A stretch of 62,819 nt of DNA, the filler included, from Sphacelaria rigidula (taxonomy: Eukaryota), in the NCBI GenBank assembly GCA_964200075.2. It is 11 parts of 11 records of this genome, joined end to end, with 100 filler letters (N's around TTAATTAATTAA, not from the genome) between each part and the next. Parts side by side here need not be neighbours in the genome. Positions count along the whole stretch, not along the records: positions 5,722 to 11,341 come from CAXNAA020025790.1; positions 11,442 to 17,061 come from CAXNAA020025791.1; positions 17,162 to 22,781 come from CAXNAA020025792.1; positions 22,882 to 28,501 come from CAXNAA020025793.1; 7 more parts are not named here. One strand, written 5' to 3'. Both the position numbers and the translations under genes were made by a program. Positions 11,329-23,562 of this stretch are shown here, piece by piece. The notes beneath the pieces were generated by a model, which saw only the letters and a list, made by a program, of their open reading frames with translations, did not search any database and was not told the DNA's origin. Position 1 is the stretch's first letter. Every line of letters begins with the position of its first letter.

Positions 11329-12948
11329 TTTTTTTTTTTTTNNNNNNNNNNNNNNNNNNNNNNNNNNNNNNNNNNNNNNNNNNNNTTAATTAATTAANNN
11401 NNNNNNNNNNNNNNNNNNNNNNNNNNNNNNNNNNNNNNNNNTTTTTAGCCGGCTGCTGTGGTTCTGGTCTCGGCCGGCGGTGGGGGTGGGGGGGGGGGTG
11501 GGGGGGGGGGGGGGGGCACCATGGTCAGCTCAGACAATTTCTCGTTGTACAACGTAAGTGTTGGCCTGTCGATCGCGGCATACTTCCTTTTCCCCCCTCC
11601 CCCCAGATCGCCTGGTATCTATCGCCTATGGTCGAACTGGGTTCGGAACTGCCACCCCTAGTCCACAGCGTTCGTTGGGTCAAAAGCGTGAGGGATGACG
11701 GGCATGTAGGAAGTCGTTGATAGGCAGGAGGGTCGTTTTGCCTTGGATATGGCGGATAATTTACGAAGAAGACGCCGAAATTTCTCTGCACATGCTTTCC
11801 CACATCGATAGGAAAAGTAGAAAGGAAAAAACTTTCGTTGATACTGTCTTTCAAGGAGCCCGTCACTCACTGCCTTCCCCTTTTTGACGTTCAAATTATT
11901 TTACACTTGTGGTTTCCTCGAGCGGCATCAACGTTCGCCGACACGGTGCAGCAGATAATGTTGAAATATGACGTCTGATCTATCAAGTGTTCTTGTTCAC
12001 GTGGAGGTCCGCCGGCCTCTGCTGTATGTGGGGCCAAACGTACAAGCACGAGAGTTGGTACCCTTGGCTGGACATTTCTTTTGGGGGACTCTCAGCAACA
12101 CAGCCCTGGTTTGCGATTATAATGGTCCAAAGAGGATGTATGAAGGAAAGAAAAAAAAACTTTTGAGAACTTCGTCAAAAGTCATGCATGAGTCCCGTCT
12201 CTTCTTTTTCCTGTGCAGTTTTTTTCGTTTTCATTTTCGATTCCATGCAAAAGAGTACGTGAATAATATTGTGTGTTTGGGTGTCAGGAGTATATAAGTG
12301 AACTTCTACTTGCTGTACTCGAATGGCCTGCGCTACAGGATCGCGGACCGGTTCGTTTGTTGAGCCGGCCAACTCGAGCGCGTGTGTACGTTCTCCGCTT
12401 GTCAACGATGTCCTCATCGGTTACTGTACTGGATTATTGTGATTTTGCAACGTTTTGCAACGCCCACTGGTCACCATGATTTCGCTGCGCCGCACGCAAA
12501 CGTTGCACTCTACTGTTGTAGCTCTATCCTGTCGCAGTCCTTGGTACTTTTCGCAGCAGTCCTACTACGCCTCAAGCTTCAAAAACGGTGTTTCATTGCT
12601 CTGCATCTCACGTATTGTTTTCAGAGGACATCGCTGCCGAGTGAGTGATGCCTCTACAGTGGGGGTAGGCGGGGAGGGGTTGAACCAACCCTTCCCGCGA
12701 AATTCAACCTTGAACCGTCGTTAAAAGCGGCAGCATTCGTCGAACCCGCTTGTTCACGACAAATGACGCTCATTCATTCTGATGATTGCCGTTTTCAGCC
12801 AAATACAATCGCACCGCGAGTGTGTTGGATCGTCTGATACACCCGTGAGCCCCTGTTTTTGGTGGAATCAACCCCTCCCTTATTGTAGTAGCACTCTGCC
12901 CCGCGCCTTCCCTTCTCCCGTGCCCATGTCCCTAATCCTCACACGCAT

Positions 12949-14250
12949 TTGGCCGATGTCAATCCTTCCACATGCATCGAACAGAGATCCTCGATACGGC
13001 CAATAGACGATGACGAAGACGACGTGATGACGACCGCGATGACGAGCGATGAGTGCGAAACTCCTGATTCCGATACCACCGAGGCAGACCGTGCTGCCGC
13101 TAATGCTGAAAAAATATCCGTTACGCCCAGAAAAACCACCGGCAACGACGTGAATAGTGACAGCGGTCAGCGCCGCGGCTCTCCTCGAAAATGGCGGACC
13201 GGTTCGCTTTTGCTGAGCCCGCGGGCGGTGCAGGACCCGAAGCGGATAGAGGAGAACACGTACATCTACCATGTGGGCAGGGAGAGCGTCGGCGTGGTTG
13301 AGGTTATCGTTACCTTGCCCCCAGGCAGCAAGGTAAGGTAACGGCGAGCTTGATGATGGAACACGGAACATGTTCACGACAGAGGGCGGTGTTGTGTTGC
13401 TTCAAATTTGGAGGCAGATTCATCAACGAAATGGTAACATCTTGTCTTGGAGTGATGCTACGGTAGGGGTGCACAAATACTTTCTCACGTTATAATTGTT
13501 ATGATAGGAGCCCTTTATCTCATGCCAAACACGACTCCTGAAAATGTGTGAGAGTACGCCAGGATTACTATTCCAATGTGCTGGGGGTATCCCGAATGAA
13601 TTTGAAAACGGGGATGCCTTGACCCATATTCTTGTGCATCTAGGATCGTGAGGAGCCCCTGAACTAGACAACATTTCGCGCAAAAAGTGGACCCCCACTG
13701 TAGCACTGCTCCTTGGCATGTTCCCAGAAATCGGGTTCGCACACTGCACCGTACTGTGCTGTGCTGTGCCGTTCTGTGCTGTTGCTTTAGTTGGCCTTGG
13801 AGAGCGAGCAGCATCACACGCGACGACTTTGACATGAAAACTCGTTATACATAGGGGTGGCCAGTTTGTCGTGTTCTTTGCTCTGATTGTAGTGCCCTCC
13901 TGCCCTCGCCTTACCCCTTTCTCCTTTCCCCTATTCTCCTCTCCCGCTCACGTGGACCCATCTCTCGATCCATCGACGAAACAAACGGGGTACGCACGTA
14001 CATACACTCGACGGCGACAAACGCACGACAACGACGACAACAACAACAACGACACCATCGTATGTCCGGACAAACATACGACCGAAAACGAACCGAAGCC
14101 CGGTGTCAGCGATGAGGATAACGTGCAGAGGGTTCGGCTTGCGCCTGGTCATCGGTGCATGGTGAAACGGAACAACGTATATCGGCTCAAGAATCCATCC
14201 CTCAAACACACCGCCGTCGTCTACTGGGCAACGCCCAGATTACGTGAGCA
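12949..14250 (+). pseudogene. Spliced, possibly decayed gene with an acidic disordered region and a C-terminal cupin-like domain (CENP-C/Mif2-like pattern)
   Basis: An exon ends ...VEVIVTLPPGSK|gtaag (13332). A downstream exon (~14099) encodes VRLAPGHRCMVKRNNVYRLKNPSLKHTAVVYW. The candidate middle segment at ~13791-13885 needs a frameshift. Confidence 0.4.
13450..13711. mobile_element. MITE family C (GAG..CTC termini, 4-bp TSD CTTG; Sola2-like); copies 38336-39103 (interrupted), 39236-39497, ~45243-45498
   Basis: TIRs gagtgatgctacggtaggggtgcac / gtggacccccactgtagcactgctc. TSDs are cttg/cttg here and tttt/tttt for the 38-39 kb copy. Confidence 0.85.
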
Positions 14251-15369
14251 TAAGATGTATACAATAATATTGCTTGCCTGTGCCCCTCCCCCGCAACTTA
14301 CTAGTCGTGATCCAGATTTTGTTGTCATCAGTCACCGAGAGGTGTGACGCTGTTCAACGCCTGACCGTACCGCAGTGATACTTGCAACTTGCTCATATTG
14401 TAGCAAGGTGTCTGCAGCGATTCAAAGTACTCTACGAAGCAATCAACGTCGAGGGTGTACTAAGTATACCCCCTGCGCTGAAGGGCCTTTGGTCAGGGGT
14501 ACCGCTGCTACCATCGATTTACAAAAATCTTGACTCACGTTTAACTTCACTTCGGTTGATCAAATGGAGAATAATTCCTTCCCTTGTACCAAACACATAG
14601 AGTACGTCCCCATGGAGAATATTCCGCCTCACACATGGCCGTTTTTCCGCTGTTGCTCATCTGATCGCAGGTAGAGCAAACTAGTGTAGTGGTGAACAAC
14701 GCGGACGGGGACACGAAAGGAACATGAGCAAAAGGCAGCGGGGCAGCGGACAGCACTGCTAGCTGCCTCCACGTGCGACCTCTTCCTGAATACACACATA
14801 CGAGGTGGACTCAAAACGCTTCGCCCAACCGCGTTGGGAGGCTGTGTGCTTTTTGCTTGAGAATTTCGAAACCGGAATATTTTCTCTAATCACTCAATGA
14901 TAGCGGTATTTACTTGAAAAGTCTACCCGGGAGGAGGGGGGAGGGGATTCGGAATGAAGGAATGAACTAGAGGTTGAACAGACGTTTGAGTCGCCGCGGA
15001 CAAGGGCGGAGGGTGATGGGGAGAGGTGAAGGGTGGGGGGGTGAGAGGTGGGTAGAGAATATTTACTATTAGTCTTGGACAGAAAATAGTATCGTGTTGC
15101 AGTAGATCACCTTTAGTTTTAACCCCAACGGAACCGTCGACGGGCGAGTGCAAGTGAGCGATTGTTGGCACTCCCCACTGCCGCGCGGTGATGGCAAATA
15201 ACAAGTCTTGCAGTCACCCTTCCAGGCCTACGTCCAGGCTTCAAGAGCTCGGTTCGCCAGTCGGAAGACTAGTAGGATGGAATACGGCCACGTGGACCGC
15301 CTGGACATCCTCGGAGCGGAGCAGCGGCGGGGGCGGAAGGGGCGGGAATAGATGAGCTTAGAGAGTAAG

Positions 15370-16200
15370 GGGAGGGGTGTGTGCTCATGATCCTGCATGC
15401 CGAGGTCATAAAACCATTGACCTCGCATTGCTACAAAACTGGGACGGACCACGTCGGGTTCGGGTTCTCGCGGACCAGGCCCGCAGTCACCAAGCGCGAA
15501 GCGCCGTGATGTGTTCGGCGAGTCGCATGGGGGGTGAATTGCGTCATGCTAAGATTGCTCGGCCAGAAGCGCACTACGCATCTTGATGTATGGATAACAG
15601 CCCCGAATGAGTTGCTTCGCTTTTGAATATTTTTTCATTGGGGGGAGCCGAGGTGTTTTTTTGTTGTGTCATCGATCCATCTATACGGGGAGGCGTAAAG
15701 CGGGGGAAGCTCGCACAACCAGGGAACGGAGCCCGGTGAACGGAGCAGCATTTCCTTGGGTAACTCGTTCACTGGAACGTTCGTTGGAAGGCGGAGGAAC
15801 GATTCGCGTGAGTATAGCAACGTGTAGGTGGGTTTGCTGCGGGGAAAGACCGGGTTGTATAGGGAGGAAGGGAACGGGAGGAGGGTGTACTCATGGTCTT
15901 GCATGCCATACTTGAGAACACGGACCTAGCATCCCTACGAAGCCAGGACGGAGTACGCCGGGTTTTAGCCGGACCAGGCTCGCGATCAACCACCCAGCGC
16001 GAAGCGCCGTGATGTGTTCGGCGAGTCGCATGAAGGGTTAGCTGCATCCTGCAAGATTGTGCGGCCCGAAGCATATACTTATTACCTTGCATATGGATGA
16101 CAGCCTAAAATTAGTTGCTTCATTTCCTGGTATCGCCACTTCCACAGACAGCCAAGGGGTACACACCGCCTCATGGGTGTCTCACCATGAAGGGGGGGAA
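15370..16200. repeat. Two adjacent copies of a dispersed ~250-300 bp repeat starting ggggtgtactcatgatc; further copies ~29688-30010, 40085-40150, 1530-1565
   Basis: Shared sequence gtgtactc(a/g)tg(a/g)tc(c/t)tgcatgcc ... gcgcgaagcgccgtgatgtgttcggcgagtcgcatg. Confidence 0.75.
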
Positions 16201-17161
16201 GTGTGTGAGGGGAGATCGTACGAACGCGGACGTGATGGAGGGTAGATCTCTGACGGATTGATTTGGACTTTTTCGTTCACTCAGGTGGTTGTGTTGTGAA
16301 GAGGTGAAGGGCGATAAGATGTTGTGCGAAAGTATTTCGTGGTGGTGGGTGCTCTCCCGTTTCCCACCCATCCAGCCTTCTTCCCCACAGTGCAGTTAGT
16401 GAAGTTATTTACTCGTAGTATGAACAGGCTGCAGGTATTGAGGAGAAGGCGAAAGTGCGCAGGAAAATAGAGAAACATATTGAACAAAATGTGAATGTCG
16501 CGGAATTTCCGTGTTACGTCTGCCCTCTTCAAATATGATATTAGCGTCATCTATGAGCAATTTTATAAGGTTCAGTCCCGATCTTCTTGATATGTATGTG
16601 TGTTGTGTGTGTACTTTCTCTCCCCCATTTTGCCTGTTTCTTCTTTTGTCGATGTTCTTTCTTTCCATCTGGAAGCACCATATCGTGTATAAAGCGGTCG
16701 TTTATTTATGGTATTTGCTGTGCACCCAGCCGCAGTTGTGACGGGGAGGGGAGAAAGAGGCAGACTTGGAAATTTTCCAAGTGGGTGAGAAAGGAGATAC
16801 GCGCTCTTGCATTCGCCACGACGTAGTGGTGTTCCACTCGTCTACCGTATTGTGCATTTACTTTTCTCGGAAGGATAGGGTAACGTGTGAGTCACTGTGC
16901 ATCTTGGCTAGATATTTTCACGGTGTGCTCGCAGGGTGTATTTATCCATCTATATATATGTAGGTCCAACCCTACTTTTTCTTCTTTCTGGAGGGGCGGA
17001 GAAGGGACTAGAGGGGTGAAGAATGGAGAGGAAGGGTAGGTGGGGCGGAAAGGAGGGGGGGNNNNNNNNNNNNNNNNNNNNNNNNNNNNNNNNNNNNNNN
17101 NNNNNTTAATTAATTAANNNNNNNNNNNNNNNNNNNNNNNNNNNNNNNNNNNNNNNNNNNN

Positions 17162-17233
17162 GTGTGGGGAAAGCACTGTTTTGGGCTTGAGCCTCATCTC
17201 GAAGTTAAACCTCAATTCGCACAATTTGTTGTT
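17162..17233. mobile_element. End of a high-copy element family D (aacaacaaattgtgcgaattgagg...); also 34148-34221, 57042-57100, 62702-62819, with internal parts at 45503-45661 and 57201-57260
   Basis: Near-identical sequence at six contig ends. Here it interrupts the RNase H of the minus-strand Gypsy. Confidence 0.85.
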
Positions 17234-19874
17234 AAATGTGCTCACGATAGCAAAACGTTCCTTGCCAATGGTTGCCCAACGCATCTGTGGAGCCTTGAAA
17301 TTACCACTAAGAAAAGCCAGCGGTTCATGCGTCCTGTCTTCAACCGGCAACCATTTTTGCATTTCTGCATCATGCACTTGCGTTGCAAAACTACCCAATG
17401 GCACTCAAATGCATACGGAAATATTGACACCTGACAATCAGGACGAGGATGGAGAAGCGTCACGGTATGGGCCACCAGATCCTTCGCTGCCGCCCACGTC
17501 TGCAGCCTACCCTCCGTCCACGATGCAGCCTTCTTCGGAAATCCCATATTTGGACTGGACCACCCCGCCTGCAAATTCCGTGACACCGACCCGAGCGCCA
17601 TACGAGCCGCCATGTACAATGCCAACCAACTCGACTTCACTGGATCGTACCGCCGCGGCTTCGTCTTCACCACGGACGCCCCAGCTTTTGGCTGAACACG
17701 CATGGGCTCCACGCGCGCAGGGGGATCACCCCGCAGCGCACGAAGAAATGCGTTGACACGGCAATGCAATATGCCGCGCAGGCGCTCCTTTTTTGAGACG
17801 CTGGGGCTTTTCGCCCCAGCACCCGTCACGCTCGCCTCCAGCGCAACCTTCCGAGCGGACTCCTCTTCCGCCGGATCACTAAATATCTCCGGGCCGCGCT
17901 CTACCAAGCGTTCCGCCACCGCATCCCGCTCCTCGATCACCTGCCCTCCATCCTCCCGAAAAGCATCCACCGACAAGCTCACGCGACGATTGCCCAAAAC
18001 GGCGGGCGTCTCCGAGCGTGGACCAGGCAGAGACATCCGCGTCTTCATGGAGTCCCACAACCGCCAAGCGTTGACTCCAGTATCCTGAACCATCGGCAAC
18101 CCCAGAAGAATGACGCCATCCGACCCCGGCATGATCGCAAACGAGATCGGAGGTAGCTGCGCCGGCCCCCAGGAAGTCATCAAAGTCAGCTGCAGCGGAA
18201 CAGTACGCTCTGTGACGTAAACATGCTGACCCGACGCGGTGACGGCCTGCCGCGCCGCGAGCGAAAATGGAGTGCGCAGCGGCACACCTGGGAGAAGACG
18301 CTCCAACATCTCTACAATTTGTACCGACAGACTCACATGACCCGTCCAGTGGGCGCCAGAATCCCACTTAGCCTCTACCGCAATGGCTTCCCGTGCCCGC
18401 TGATTTGCGAAATATAACTCTGCAGGAATGTATTTACCTTGATACTCGACCGGTACCTACTCCACCAACTGATTGTTCGTGATCCCCACTTGGCGCCACG
18501 GCTGCGCATGCGGCGCAGGCATATACGCCCCCCCTGGCTGGGGTCACCGGCACCGCCGGCGGGTACGAAGCCCCGCCCGCAGAACCAAATTGCAGTGGTA
18601 CTCCGGCTGACGCAGCAGCGGATCCAAATTGCAGCTGAAATCCGGCCGGCTCAGCAGCAGGCGCCTCGCCTTGCTCTGCTGCTGGCGGCGCCGGAACTGA
18701 GCCCGACAATAGAGTGGTCGGTCCCACCTGCACCGCCCGTTGCGGAGGAGCAGCCCCTGCGGCTGAGCCGGACCCAGAACCGGACCCCTACTGACGCCGC
18801 TGCCCCTGCTGCTGCTGCTGCTGCTGGGAACTCGACTGTTGTACACCTCCACCGCTGGAGGATTCGCCGCCGCCGCCGCCACCACGATTACCTCGTCTTT
18901 TGTCTTTGTGCTGACGATGCTGATGGCGCGCGACTTGAGGCTGCCCAGACTTTCCACTGGAAGACGTTAGGCAATCGCGCGCGTAATGGCCGACCTGACC
19001 ACAACAGAGGCAAGTGCCCGCCGCATGCCCAGCATGCGTTCTGATCGCCGCAACCAATTGCGGCGGCGTTATTGTGTGCTTTTCATGGAATCTCCTCGCA
19101 ATAACGCGTTGGAGGGGGGCAGGCACGAGTTGCGCCATGGAAACCACCTGATGCCTTACCGCACCCCTCGCATTCGCATGCTCCACCCCCTTCTTGTATT
19201 CTACGTATTTCGTATGAAACGAACGAGAAGCACACTCAGAATACCAATTCCCGTAACTGGGAGGCCGCAACTCTTTTCTCAAAACATCTGGAGTCACAGT
19301 CGTCTCCGCTGGCTGTATTGCCGGTACCTCTGTAGTCGACATTCCTGAGCGGATCTAATCGAAGGCGTCTAAACATCTCGAACTCCACATTTCACACCTT
19401 CCTTCGTAGCCGCACCACAACAGCCGTGGGGTCCTCTAAACTCCCGCTGCACGCAGCTCCAGCAAGTCTCTAGTCTGGATCACTCACGGGCCAGCCGCCT
19501 TTGCAGCTACCTTAGATTGAACCCTTCTCACGTGTCCGTGAAGCAATATGTCCAAAGTTGTCCAGACTCCTTTCTGCTGAAAGATTTCCAGTAGTCACTC
19601 ACGATAGCACTACTATCACTAATACCGATATTGTGACGACAGCAGGTTGCTAGCACTGCCGTGTCTTACGCTGTTGAGGGACTCCCCAGTTCCACTGGCC
19701 TCAGGTTTCAGTTGTCAGCCTGTACAACATCTCATTATCACGAGTGAACAGCTGCAGCCCGTACCGTCAGGCATAAGCTACACAGCAAGGATCATCATCC
19801 ATAGGATGCCCTTGTCCCCTGGTCATCATCCAGGATCCACTATATACTTGACGTGACGGCGTGATTTCGTCACA
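17234..19874 (-). mobile_element. Decayed Ty3/Gypsy-type LTR retrotransposon: LTR 19632-19874, gag with zinc knuckle, protease, RT (core deleted), RNase H start
   Basis: LTR tgtgacga...tcgtcaca with a degenerate PBS-like tcggtattagtg. Protein motifs CLCCGQVGHYARDC, VILLGLP, WSSP.M.FPKK and HEPLAFLSGNFKAPQMRWATIGKE. Confidence 0.88.
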
Positions 19875-20125
19875 GTTCACACGTAATCTTAGACACATAT
19901 ATGCCACGATATATCATACACCCAAAAAATATATCAAATTCATAGCGATATATGGGAAAATGTGGGGTGTATGGACTCAACTACAAATATACCAACTTTT
20001 ATGACATATCACGTTTTTCTGGAGGGGTATATATAGATACATTATATATCAAAAAGTTGATATGATACCAGACTCTAATGGCAGTCACAGAAACGGATCT
20101 GTACGCAAATCGAAGGACCTCAGAT

Positions 20126-20378
20126 GAGTGATACTACGATTGGGCTGCACCTTTTGAGCGAAAATGTTTCTCGGGGTGTTGCACGGATAATTTTGAGAAT
20201 CGGCATCACTTTCACTTGAAAAAGACTGAAAATGATGCCGATTCATGAAAAGGCCCCTGTGTGCATCTCCAAGCCCTGTCCCCGGAGATTTGGGTTGCAC
20301 AGTAAGCCCCATATAGTTAGGCTCCTACAAAAAGGAGACCCAGAAACAAGAAGTGCAACTCCTATCGTAGCATCACTC
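20126..20378. mobile_element. Second GAG..CTC MITE family with 4-bp TSD AGAT; related copies ~47500-47790 and ~48147-48520
   Basis: agat|gagtgatactacgattgggctgcac ... gtgcaactcctatcgtagcatcactc|agat, with the internal hairpin gaatcggcatca/tgatgccgattc. Confidence 0.85.
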
Positions 20379-22989
20379 AGATCCGGAAACGCATTGTATG
20401 GACCCCAATTTGGCCCATATCAGGGAAGCTCATATTCATTTGTCACGATTTGAGAACGGTTTTCCACGAATCCGAGCGCAGATCCGTGGAAAATCGAGGT
20501 CCCTCGAATCTGTAGGAAGTGACGCACGTATGTTGACGTACAATGATGGTGCAACAGGCGTTTGATATTTTTGAATCAGCAGCAGCTGACAATCTCGTGA
20601 CAGCACAGACGGTGCCTGCGAGCGCCGGCTGCTGGAGCAGCTCCGCACGGGGATTGACAAGTGGATAAGAGTTGTTGAGGCCGTACCCTGCGGCGATGGC
20701 AATGTTTTATGCTGCACTGTACTGCTGCATGTACCATCATAACGAACGGTACTGTACTATTATCCTACACTATGTTGTCGCTGTGCTTGCAGGGTGGTGA
20801 ATGCCACTGCACTAGTGAACTCTTGTCGCACACTGTGTACTGTATTTGCAATACCGACTGTATCATGTATGTATTTCCACACGGCATTATCGTATATTGT
20901 GATTGTGTAGTGTACTGCACTGCATGACACCCTAGGGTACCAGGGTAAGGCGCTGCTCTCGAAGGCTGTCGGCCTGTTCTTAGGATTCACCGTGATACCA
21001 CAGCCGCCCAGAAAATGACCGTTCGTGTAGAGAATAATTTCAACAAATCTGTGAAGCCATATAGAGGTACACACGAATCTGAGTTTCACGAATCTGGGTC
21101 CCCCCGATTTGGCACTGATTCGGGTCCCGCCCGATTCGGGACAGCTGCCATACGAAAATGAACTGTGCCACAAATGTGTTTTTTCTCCATGATTTAACGG
21201 CATTTCACTGATACCTGAAAACTGGTTATTGCCATTAATTAACGAAAAAACACACACATATATATAGTGTGGACGGGTAGTTCTTTTTTGTGTGCCCTAC
21301 GAGCTGGGTCAGCCTAGAGACGGATCTAAGCTCTCAAAGCATTATCTCATCGACATAGACGAGTTGGGTCATAACCCGCATATATATCGTATAATCGTCT
21401 AATCATGGGGAAGGTGCCCATCTGCTCAAACGTTTGGGCCAACTTTGTCTCTCGTTGATTAAACCTCATGTCTAGTATTTCCTATACCGTACGGAGATGT
21501 CATGATAAGGGTTGGATTGTCACTCAAGTCACGCATTGGCAGCCAGTGTGATTGCTCGTGTCCCAGGATCAAATACTTCATCTCATGAGAGCAGATAAAT
21601 TGCATGCCTCGGAGATGTCTGATCGACTCTCCTTAAAATGCCGCATGTCGTCTACAGTCATTCGGTATAAAATACAACCAGGGAGCTTGACTCACGAGTT
21701 ACTCCTTGGTGAATTCACCGCCCGAAGCAAGCAGCACATCGATATGTAGCTGGATGTGTCAACCCTCGAAGATATGATTGATTAGCTCCATGCACACTGC
21801 ACGGGCAGAACAAGTGGGACGATGCGCCCTCCTGTCAAAACAACTGCTATTCGACCTCAAGAGAGTCTTTACTCAAGTCATAGCTATAAATCTAGATACT
21901 CTTCAACTCTCAATTCCACATCATACATCAAATAGCGACCACTACGTACTTGCCAGCCTCTATCAAAACGACAGCGACCAATAAGAAATTCCGGCCTGAA
22001 TAAATGTCGTATATTCGCCAAAGATAGACACTTATCGTACCCGTCAGTCCCTATCACATTACATATGCCTCTCATAGTTGAAGCACTCGCAGACTATGAC
22101 AAGAGGCGAGAGTGCTTCATCTATACCTTCTCCCGCACCACAAAAGTGTACACCACTAATCCTAAGCGTCGGAGGAATTGTGCACAAGAGGGTGCACGGT
22201 ACTCAGTCAAGACAGATGCAAAAGCACTGCACGTGAAGACAATACCTTGACCAGTCGATCGTACGAAATCGACTCGGAGGATCCGAGAAAAAGCACACAA
22301 AAAAAATGAGACGCCTGGATTCTCTTCGGCACGGGGGACGATAAGGTCCAACCAACACACAAAAACGAAAAAAAAAGAACACAAAAAAAAAATACAAGAT
22401 GGAACCGAGATAAAAAATGCAGTGTCCTCAAAACCCGTGAGTATTTCAGGGAAAATGTATAAAACAATGTCTTGAAATGCAGCAAAACAAAATCAAACCG
22501 TTGTAAAAAGAAAGTAGTGTCCCGAAATGCCGTAAGTATGTCCGAAAGGATCATGGGAGATCAGAAGCCAAGCATCGAAACGATCATCATACACTGCAGT
22601 ACGTTTATCATATTCAGAAAAAAGTACTTTTTGCCGGAATTCCGGGTTTTTGTGTTTCATCGATAGAAACAAGCAAGCAAGCCCGCCAAGGCATTATATC
22701 GCTCCAATTGTTGGGAATACATCTCCGCAGTGACATATCAGAGACTGATGTCACACATGTATACAGACCCAGCGCAGGCAGNNNNNNNNNNNNNNNNNNN
22801 NNNNNNNNNNNNNNNNNNNNNNNNNTTAATTAATTAANNNNNNNNNNNNNNNNNNNNNNNNNNNNNNNNNNNNNNNNNNNNTGTTTGTGGGGTGGGGAGG
22901 CAAAGGGTCGGTGGCGGATGGCATGCAAATCTTTGGTTCCCCCCCCCCCCCCCTCCCCCCCATATCTCTCCATGCATGTGTTTTTTGAT

Positions 22990-23400
22990 GCCGGTATATG
23001 CCAGAGCAGTGTGGTACCTCGCTTCATTGTGTTGGTCCATGAATGAGAGGGTCCATACCCCAAATAGTGCGGTCGCAGTAGATGAATCGCAGTCCTGTCT
23101 TTTCCCGTGGCCTCTTGTTTTGTTGGACTGGGTATGCGTGTTGTTTTGCGCAATACCTTTTCCGCTGAAGCCGTGTGGCAGAGGCTGGCCATTTCTTTTC
23201 TTTTCTTTTCTTTTCTTTATTCGTTCTCTTCTTCTGTCGTTGTCTACTCTTTTTTTCTGTTCTACCCTCAATGCTTCCTTTTTATTCAGCGAATGTTTCA
23301 GTTTTGTTTTGTCTCGGTTACGTCTATCATGTGACCACGGCTGGACCCCTGGAGGGTCAGTTAAAGTGCGACTATCAATCAATTAATCAATCAAATCAAA
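22990..23400 (+). mobile_element. Probable LINE 3' UTR ending in an (ATCA)n tail
   Basis: A T-rich tract, then ctatcatgtgaccacggctgga, then tatcaatcaattaatcaatcaaatcaaa. Confidence 0.45.
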
Positions 23401-23562
23401 TTCGTGGTTTGAGCGCCTTCTCTGGGCTAGTACTGTCATGCTGTATCTCGTACATACGAGCACCATCGCCTTCCCGATAAGCAGGTATCATAGTATGAGA
23501 AGAAATGGCGTTCAGACTCTTCATTCGAAACGCCCTTACGCCTTCCGTCACTGTGACTGCAG

